Source: an uncultured Chloroflexota bacterium (GTDB lineage Bacteria; Chloroflexota; Limnocylindria; P2-11E). From it: DNA of 60,696 nt. The stretch covers positions 21,651 through 82,346 of the forward strand of contig CAZSRI010000001.1 of assembly GCA_964609145.1 (NCBI GenBank), written 5' to 3'. The position numbers were made by a program, and so were the translations under genes. Below the pieces are notes generated by a model that was given only the letters and a program-made list of their open reading frames with translations, ran no database searches and had not been told where the DNA came from. Shown in pieces: positions 8,210-14,506 of this stretch (the stretch's first letter is position 1; each line of letters begins with the position of its first letter).

Positions 8210-10434
8210 AGCTCGAGCGCGCGTACCAGTTCGTCGCGACCGCGGCGTACGGCGACGCGATCGGCGGCGACGTCTTCGAGCTGCAGCGGCTCTTCTGGAA
8301 GCGCGGCGTCGCGAGCGAGGTCTTCGCGCAGGAGGCGCGCACGCCGATCGCGCCGTTCGTCCGCCCCTGGCACGACCTGCACGCGGAGCCGGTGGACGCA
8401 TCCGCGCTCCTCGTCCACGTCTCGATGGGGAACGACGCCCTCTCCGAGGTCGCGCGGCTGCCGCACCGCAAGGCCGTCGTCTACCACAACATCACGCCGG
8501 CTCGGTTCTTCGAGGGGATCAGCGAGCAGCTCCTCGCGCACAGCCGCCTCGGGCGCGAGCAGCTGCGCGAGCTCGCGACGTCCGCGGAGCTGGGGATCGC
8601 CGACAGCGAGTTCAACCGCCAGGAGCTCGAGGCCGTCGGCTACGCGCGCACCGCCGTCGTCCCGATCCTCGTCGACCCGCGCGCGTTCGACGTCGAGCCG
8701 GATCCCGCGACGGTCGCCGAGCTCGCCGACGAGCGCACCGACGTCCTCGTCGCGGGCCAGATCCTCCCGCAGAAGGCGATCCTCGACGTGCTCGACGGAT
8801 TCGCGCGATACCGCGAGAGCGACCCGACCGCGCGCCTGCACCTCGTCGGCACGACCGCGATGTCGGGACCGTACCTCGACCGCGTACGCGAGCGGACCAG
8901 CCGGCTCGGGATCGGCGGCGCCGTGCGCCTCACCGGCGCCGTCTCGATCGAGCGGTACGTCGCGTACTTCCGCGGCTCGACGCTGCTCCTCACGCTCTCC
9001 GACCACGAGGGCTTCTGCGTGCCGCTCCTCGAGGCGATGCGCGCGGGGCTGCCCATCGTCGCGCACGCGGCGGGCGCCACGCCCGAGACGCTCGGCGACG
9101 CGGGGATCCTCCTCGAGCGGAAGTCGCCAGACCTCGTCGCCGCGGCGCTCGAGCGCGCGGTGCGCGACCAGGACCTCCGCCGCGATCTCGTCGAGAAAGG
9201 GCGCCGCCGGCTCGAGGACTTCGCGGCCCCGCGCGTGGCCGAGCGGCTCGGGCGGGCGCTCGCGACGGTAGGGTGGGAGCTGCCGCCCGAGCGGACGCGC
9301 CGCGTGACCGTGCTCTCGAGCGACCAGCGCTGCGGGATCCACCACTACGCGCTCGCCGTCTGCGACGGGCTGCGCGCGAACGGCCACGAGGTGACGTTCG
9401 TCGGCGTCCGCCACCTCGACACCGGCGACCTCTACCGGAAGGTCGGCGGGATCGCGAAGGGTGAGACCGTGCTCGTCGAGCACGAGGCCGGGATCTTCCG
9501 CGACGTGCCGTTCGTGCGCGTCCTGCTCGACCTGAAGCGCCGGGGACACCGGATCGTGCTCTCGCTCCACGAGCTCGAGCCCGAGAAGTTCCATCACTAC
9601 CGGAGGCTGTCCGCGGCGCTCCATTACCGGCCGCGCTTCCGGTGGTGGATCGAGGCGGGCCGCGCGTTCTGGGTCGCGGCACGGATCGCCAACTGGTTCG
9701 TGCGCTACAGGGCCGTGCTCGGCCTCATGGGGTCGCTGCCCGACCGGCTCGTCGTGCACTCGTCGCGCTCCGGCTACTGGCTCGACCTCCTCACGCACGA
9801 CGCGGGCAAGCGCGACGAGTTCCCGCTCGCGCTCATGCCGATCGAAGAAGAGCGTGGGGGGGCTCTGCCCCCCCACGTGCCCCCCCGTCATGCCGCGGCA
9901 AAGCGCGAGCTCCGGAGGAGCCTCGGGCTGCCGGAGGACGCGTTCATCTTCATTTCGCCGGGGTTCTTCTTCCCGCGCAAGCGATACCTCGAGGTGATCG
10001 GCGCGCTGCCGGACGACGCCGTGCTCGTGCTCTCGGGCACGCGCTCCGACCGCGAGCCCGAGTACTTCGACCGCGTGCTCGAGGCCGCCAAGGCGAAGCC
10101 GAACGTGGTCGTGAACACCGACTACGACTCGATGGGGCGGTACGTCGCCGCGTCCGACGCCGTCGTGCTCTTCTACGACGACGTCTTTCAGAGCGCGATC
10201 GTCACTCAGGCCGTGTGGGCGGGCTTGCCGTGCATCTTCTCCAGCACGCCGGGCCTCCGGCTCTTCCACGGCGCCGGGCTCGTCGCGCGCGACACCGACG
10301 AGCTGCGCCGGCACATGGAGGCGATCCGCGAGCCCGACACGTACGAGCGCCTGCGCCGCGGCGTGAGCGTGCTGCGGCGGATGCTCGCGCCGGAGCGGGT
10401 CGTGGCTCGGTACCTCGTCGGCGTCGGCGGGTAG
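8206..10434 (+). CDS. Two-domain glycosyltransferase (N-terminal GT4 module paralogous to 7160..8209, plus a second GT-B-like module)
   Basis: 742 aa. The first module carries SDHEGFCVPLLEAM. The second module starts around RRVTVLSSDQRCGIHHY. The ATG overlaps the upstream stop (ATGA at 8206-8209). Confidence 0.75.
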   Translation: MKLERAYQFVATAAYGDAIGGDVFELQRLFWKRGVASEVFAQEARTPIAPFVRPWHDLHAEPVDASALLVHVSMGNDALSEVARLPHRKAVVYHNITPARFFEGISEQLLAHSRLGREQLRELATSAELGIADSEFNRQELEAVGYARTAVVPILVDPRAFDVEPDPATVAELADERTDVLVAGQILPQKAILDVLDGFARYRESDPTARLHLVGTTAMSGPYLDRVRERTSRLGIGGAVRLTGAVSIERYVAYFRGSTLLLTLSDHEGFCVPLLEAMRAGLPIVAHAAGATPETLGDAGILLERKSPDLVAAALERAVRDQDLRRDLVEKGRRRLEDFAAPRVAERLGRALATVGWELPPERTRRVTVLSSDQRCGIHHYALAVCDGLRANGHEVTFVGVRHLDTGDLYRKVGGIAKGETVLVEHEAGIFRDVPFVRVLLDLKRRGHRIVLSLHELEPEKFHHYRRLSAALHYRPRFRWWIEAGRAFWVAARIANWFVRYRAVLGLMGSLPDRLVVHSSRSGYWLDLLTHDAGKRDEFPLALMPIEEERGGALPPHVPPRHAAAKRELRRSLGLPEDAFIFISPGFFFPRKRYLEVIGALPDDAVLVLSGTRSDREPEYFDRVLEAAKAKPNVVVNTDYDSMGRYVAASDAVVLFYDDVFQSAIVTQAVWAGLPCIFSSTPGLRLFHGAGLVARDTDELRRHMEAIREPDTYERLRRGVSVLRRMLAPERVVARYLVGVGG
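9853..9885 (+). repeat. G/C-run hairpin element E4, in-frame inside the two-domain GT
   Basis: Sequence CGTGGGGGGG-CTCTG-CCCCCCACG-TG-CCCCCCC, translated RGGALPPHVPP. Confidence 0.8.
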
Positions 10435-10505
10435 GGGCTCCGACGAGGAGAAGGGAGAGGTCTCCACGGCGTTCTTCGCCCTGCTGGCACCTCGGGCGGC
10501 GCGAG

Positions 10506-10547
10506 GTGGAGACCGTGTCTCCCAGCGTGGAGACCGTGTCTCCCAGC
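10506..10547. repeat. Perfect tandem duplication of a 21-bp unit GTGGAGACCGTGTCTCCCAGC
   Basis: Units lie at 10506-10526 and 10527-10547. Each contains the palindrome GAGAC-CGT-GTCTC. An inverted partial copy GGTCTCCAC lies at 10459-10467. Confidence 0.9.
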
Positions 10548-10608
10548 AGAGGTGTGCGAGGCGGCGAGAGATCGGGCGACGGACCTCCTGATCAGGGGGA
10601 CGAGGATC

Positions 10609-10709
10609 GGCATCAAGTTGACGCCACTTGGCATCAGATCGATGCCGCTTGGCGTTCTACCGCAGCGCGCTTGCATCAAGTTGATGCCGATCGGCACCAG
10701 ATCGGTGCC
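10609..10709. repeat. Array R2: 10 half-sites GGCAYC / GRTGCC in 11/10-bp phase (21-bp period), homologous to R1
   Basis: Half-sites start at 10609, 10620, 10630, 10641, 10651, (10662 degenerate), 10672, 10683, 10693 and 10704. The 3' ~40 nt align with 184-228 at roughly four-fifths identity by hand. Confidence 0.85.
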
Positions 10710-10784
10710 AGTCCGCTCAGTGGCGCGGAGGAGGTCCCCAGGCCGGATGAACGAGTACAGGGAGCGCGCGAAATGACGGGCTGT

Positions 10785-10810
10785 CGTTCAGCGGCTGCGT
10801 TCAGCGGCTG
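10785..10810. repeat. Tandem 13-bp repeat CGTTCAGCGGCTG, 2 copies
   Basis: Units lie at 10785-10797 and 10798-10810. Each holds the palindrome CAGC-G-GCTG. Confidence 0.85.
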
Positions 10811-10893
10811 AAGGAGGCGCGAGACGGGAAGTACGACTTTGACGAAGGCTGTTCCAGGGCCGGAGTGTCGTGGTGCGGAAAGAGACGACCCTG

Positions 10894-10941
10894 AGGAAGG
10901 GTGCCTCGGGTGACGGGAGGAAGGGTGCCTCGGGTGACGGG
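10894..10941. repeat. Perfect tandem 24-bp repeat AGGAAGGGTGCCTCGGGTGACGGG, 2 copies
   Basis: Units lie at 10894-10917 and 10918-10941. If ORF 10870.. were used from its first GTG, the repeat would encode RKGASGDG twice. Confidence 0.9.
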
Positions 10942-10959
10942 CCCCCGCAGCGCCACGCC

Positions 10960-12129
10960 GTGAGGCGTCGGATCCTCGTCGTCGTCCAGCGGTACGGCGC
11001 GGAGGTCGTCGGCGGGAGCGAGTCGCACGCGCGGACGGTCGCGGAGCGCCTCGCGCGGACGAACGACGTCGACGTCGCGACGACGACCGCGCTCGACTTC
11101 TGGACGTGGGCTCGGCACTACGCGACCGGCGTCAGCCACCTGAACGGCGTCCGCGTGCTGCGCTTCCCGGTCGCCTCCGGGCGCGACCCGAGCTACAAGG
11201 CCATCGAGCACCGCGCGCTCATGGAGGATCACACGCTCGCCGACGAGCGCGCCTGGCTCCGCGCGCAGGGGCCGCATGTACCCGAGCTGCTCGAGCTCCT
11301 CCACCGCGAGGGCGCGGGGTACCAGGTCGTCCTCTTCTACACGTACATCTACGAGCCGACCGCGCTCGGGCTCCCGCTCGTGCCGGAGCGCGCCGCGCTC
11401 GTCTCGACCGCGCACGACGAGCGCCCGCTCCGCCTCGTCCCCTTCCGCCAGTTGTTCGCGCTGCCGCGCGCGTTCGGCTTCCTCGCGCCGGAGGAGCGCG
11501 ACCTCGTCCACCGCGAGTTCCGCAACGAGCACATCCCCGACGAGGTGCTCGGGATCGGGCTCGATCCGCCGCCTGCGCTCGACGACGCCGCGACCTTCCG
11601 CGATCGGCACGGGCTGCGCGGCCCGATCGCGCTCTACCTCGGGCAGGTCAGCGAGGCGAAGGCCGTGGACGAGCTCCTCGCGGCGTGGTCCGGGCGTGGC
11701 CAGGTCGCGCGCGACGGCAGGCTCGTGCTCGCGGGCCCCGCGCAGATGGCGATCCCCGCCCGCGACGACGTCGTCGCCCTCGGGCGCGTGCCCGACGAGG
11801 AGAAGTGGGCCGCGCTCGCGGCCGCGGACGTCGTCGTGCTGCCGAGCCACCTCGAGAGCCTCGGCATCGTGCTCCTGGAGGCCTGGCAGGCGGGCACGCC
11901 CGTCCTCGTCCCGGCGTGGAACGCGGTGACGGCGGGCCAGGTCGCGCGCTCCGGCGGCGGGCTCACGTACGCCTCACCCGGGGCGCTCGCGCCCGCGCTC
12001 GCGGCCCTCTTCGACGAAGGCAAGCGCCGCGGCGAGGCCGGCCGCGAGTGGGTCGCGCGCGAATGCACGTGGGACGCGTTCGACGCGCGCCTCGATCGTC
12101 TCATCGACATGGCGGCCTTCGATGCCTGA
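10960..12129 (+). CDS. Glycosyltransferase (GT-B fold, GT4/GT1-like)
   Basis: Contains RRILVVVQRYGAEVVGGSESHA...PSHLESLGIVLLEAW. GTG 10960 was chosen just before the conserved ILVVVQRYG core. The ORF is open from GTG 10870, which would include the 24-bp repeats. Confidence 0.7.
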   Translation: MRRRILVVVQRYGAEVVGGSESHARTVAERLARTNDVDVATTTALDFWTWARHYATGVSHLNGVRVLRFPVASGRDPSYKAIEHRALMEDHTLADERAWLRAQGPHVPELLELLHREGAGYQVVLFYTYIYEPTALGLPLVPERAALVSTAHDERPLRLVPFRQLFALPRAFGFLAPEERDLVHREFRNEHIPDEVLGIGLDPPPALDDAATFRDRHGLRGPIALYLGQVSEAKAVDELLAAWSGRGQVARDGRLVLAGPAQMAIPARDDVVALGRVPDEEKWAALAAADVVVLPSHLESLGIVLLEAWQAGTPVLVPAWNAVTAGQVARSGGGLTYASPGALAPALAALFDEGKRRGEAGREWVARECTWDAFDARLDRLIDMAAFDA

Positions 12130-13342
12130 TCATCGCGGGGGCGTGACCCCCGCACCCCCCGCCACGCGGTCTTCGCTGTTGGTGGTCGTGCAGCGGTACG
12201 GCGACGTCGCCGGCGGCGCGGAGGCGCACGCGCGCCAGCTCGTCGGGCATCTGAAGCCGCACCTCGACGTCGAGGTCGCGACGACGACCGCGCGCGACTA
12301 CTGGACGTGGGAGAACGCGTTCACCGCGGGCCTCACCTGGGTCGACGGCGTGCCCGTGCGCCGGTTCCCCGTGGCGAAGCCGCGCGCGCGGCTGTTCCGG
12401 ACGTACGAGCGGCGCGCGTTCGCGGGCGACCACTCGCTCCGCGACGAGGAGGCGTTCCTCGACGCGCAGGGTCCCGTGACGCCGGGCCTCCTCGAGTTCC
12501 TCTTCCGTCACGGCCGCGAGTTCGACCACGTCCTCTTCTTCACGTACATCTACTGGACGACCGTCTTCGGCCTGCCCGTCGTGCCGGACCGCGCCGTCCT
12601 CGTCCCGACCGCGCACGAGGAGCCGGCGATCGCGCTCACCTCTTATCGCCGTGTGTTCCACCTGCCGCGTGCGATCGCGTTCAACACCCAGGAGGAGCGC
12701 GCGTTCGTCCACCGCCGCTTCGCGAACACGCGGGTGCCGAACGACGTCGTCGGCGTCGGCGTCGACGTCCCGACGGACGTCTCGGCCGACCGCTTCCGGC
12801 AGGCGCACGGCCTCGAGGGTCCGCTGTTCCTCTACGTCGGTCGCATCGTCGAAAGCAAGGGCGTGCGCGACCTGCTCGACCTGTGGGAGCGCTGGCAGGG
12901 ATCCACGCGGACGCGTGCGACGCTCGTCCTCGCCGGGCATCGCGAGATGCCGATCCCCGACCGCGCCGACGTGCGGTACGTCGGTCACATCGACGACCGC
13001 TCGAAGTGGGACGCGTACGCGGCGTGCACCGCGCTGATCATGCCGAGCCTGCTCGAGTCGCTCTCGATGGTGACGCTCGAGGCGTGGGCGACGGCGAAGC
13101 CGGCGCTCGTGGCGGCGCGCTCCCCCGTCCTCGCGTCGATGGCGCGCCGCGCCGACGCGGGCGTCCCGTATCGCTCGTTCGCCGAGTTCGCCGAGGTCTG
13201 CGAGCTGCTCGTCGCGCGGCCCGAGGTCGGTCGGCGCCTCGGCGAATGCGGGCGCGGCTTCGTCGCGCGGACGTACACATGGCCGGTCGTCGTGGAGAAG
13301 TACCTCGACCTCTTCGCGGAGTCGAAGGCGCGCCGGACATGA
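12122..13342 (+). CDS. Glycosyltransferase, tandem paralog of 10960..12129
   Basis: LLVVVQRYGDVAGGAEAHA...DVEVATTTARDYWTWE parallels the upstream protein. Contains PSLLESLSMVTLEAW. The start overlaps the upstream stop (ATG 12122, TGA 12127-12129). Confidence 0.75.
   Translation: MPDHRGGVTPAPPATRSSLLVVVQRYGDVAGGAEAHARQLVGHLKPHLDVEVATTTARDYWTWENAFTAGLTWVDGVPVRRFPVAKPRARLFRTYERRAFAGDHSLRDEEAFLDAQGPVTPGLLEFLFRHGREFDHVLFFTYIYWTTVFGLPVVPDRAVLVPTAHEEPAIALTSYRRVFHLPRAIAFNTQEERAFVHRRFANTRVPNDVVGVGVDVPTDVSADRFRQAHGLEGPLFLYVGRIVESKGVRDLLDLWERWQGSTRTRATLVLAGHREMPIPDRADVRYVGHIDDRSKWDAYAACTALIMPSLLESLSMVTLEAWATAKPALVAARSPVLASMARRADAGVPYRSFAEFAEVCELLVARPEVGRRLGECGRGFVARTYTWPVVVEKYLDLFAESKARRT
12135..12160 (+). 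repeat. G/C-run hairpin element E5 at a cistron junction
   Basis: Sequence GCGGGGG-CGTGA-CCCCCGC-A-CCCCCC lying 5 nt after the upstream stop, translated RGGVTPAPP at the N-terminus of the GT. Confidence 0.8.
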
Positions 13343-13344
13343 AG

Positions 13345-13370
13345 AAGGGGCGCCCTCGCGGGCGCCCCTT
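13345..13370. terminator. Bidirectional hairpin between convergent genes
   Basis: AAGGGGCGCCC-TCGC-GGGCGCCCCTT is a perfect 11-bp stem with a 4-nt loop. It starts 3 nt after the GT stop (13342) and lies 20 nt before the stop of the minus-strand lipoprotein gene. Confidence 0.7.
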
Positions 13371-13390
13371 CGGATCGACGCGTGTGAGCG

Positions 13391-14431
13391 CTACTGGAAT
13401 CGGTGGTTCTGGGTCACGACGCCGCTGACAACGAACTTGCCCGAGTACCAGTTCGCGTAGTTGTACGAGGTGTAGTTCTGGACGACGACGTAGATGTCCC
13501 ACGTGCTGCCGGACGGCGCCGCGATCGCACCAAGGTCGATCGCGAAGTAGCCGGAGTCGGCCGGGTTCGTGTTGCTCCAGGATGTCTTCGTCCAGCAGCG
13601 GATCGGCGGGCCGAGTGTGACGCACGCCCCACCGATCGGCGAGCCGTCCGCGGCGGTGATCCGCCCGTAGATCCCGAGGCTCGCCGGGACCGCGGGCTTC
13701 GCGATCTCGGCGGGCGGCGGCGTCGGCGTCGGGGTCGGAGCGACGGTCGGGACGGGCGTCGGCGTGGGCGCCTGGGTCGCAGCCTGAGTAGGCTCGACGG
13801 TCGGCGCGGCCGTCGGAGCGTTCGTCGGAGCGGTGGTCGCCGCGGCCGTCGCGCTCGCGGACGTGCTCGCGGAGGCCGACGCGCTCGCGGAGGCGCTCGG
13901 GCTCGCCGAAGGGGCCGGCGTCGGCGTCGCGGTCGGGGTCGGGCTCGCCTGCGAGGCCGAGCCCTCCGCGATGCCGAACGGCGAGAACGAGCTCGTGGAC
14001 CCGCACACCTCGGTCCCGTTCACCGTGGTCGTGGTGTCCTCCCACTTGCCCGAGGCGAAGTGGAGGAGCTTCGACTTCGCGGTGACCTTGCTGTCCTCGA
14101 AGCACACCGTCGCCTTGTCGAACGTCGCGTCGGTGGTGAGGTCGAAGTACGTGCCGTTCACGAGCGTGAACCCGGCCGGCAGCGCGGGACCGGCGGCGCT
14201 CGTCGTGAGCGACACCGACCCGGCCTTGCTGACCGAGCCGAACGTGATGGTCGCCTTCTGCCCGCCGATCGCGGCGAGCGTCGCCTTGACGTTGGTGCCG
14301 GACGCGATGTCGACCTTCCCTGAAGCCGCGCTCGGCGCGGCCGAGCCCTTGACCGTCCCGGAGGCGCATGCGGTCAGGGCCACGAGCGCCGCCATCGAGA
14401 CGGCGATGATCTGTGCGGAACGCATAGCCAT
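13391..14431 (-). CDS. Secreted lipoprotein with a long Pro/Thr/Ser/Ala low-complexity linker, function unknown
   Basis: Signal peptide plus lipobox MAMRSAQIIAVSMAALVALTAC. The central ~90 aa are PTPTATPTPAPSASPSASASAS...PTPTPTPP. A GGAAGGG-type RBS precedes the ATG. Confidence 0.7.
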   Translation of the reverse strand: MAMRSAQIIAVSMAALVALTACASGTVKGSAAPSAASGKVDIASGTNVKATLAAIGGQKATITFGSVSKAGSVSLTTSAAGPALPAGFTLVNGTYFDLTTDATFDKATVCFEDSKVTAKSKLLHFASGKWEDTTTTVNGTEVCGSTSSFSPFGIAEGSASQASPTPTATPTPAPSASPSASASASASASTSASATAAATTAPTNAPTAAPTVEPTQAATQAPTPTPVPTVAPTPTPTPPPAEIAKPAVPASLGIYGRITAADGSPIGGACVTLGPPIRCWTKTSWSNTNPADSGYFAIDLGAIAAPSGSTWDIYVVVQNYTSYNYANWYSGKFVVSGVVTQNHRFQ

Positions 14432-14506
14432 CCCTTCCTCTTCACCCGCTGGGTCGCGCGCAGTCTAAACGGGCATGTAAGCCGTTCCGTTACCGTTCAG
14501 TAGCAC

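Noticed and set aside
10506-10941. Possible CRISPR array
   Set aside because: The repeats are directly abutting tandem duplications (21, 13 and 24 bp) with no unique spacers, and no cas genes are present.
13833-14468. 211-aa plus-strand ORF opposite the lipoprotein gene
   Set aside because: It is the antisense reading of the low-complexity Pro/Thr/Ala tract (giving Ala/Val/Gly repeats). The minus-strand gene has a signal peptide, lipobox and RBS.
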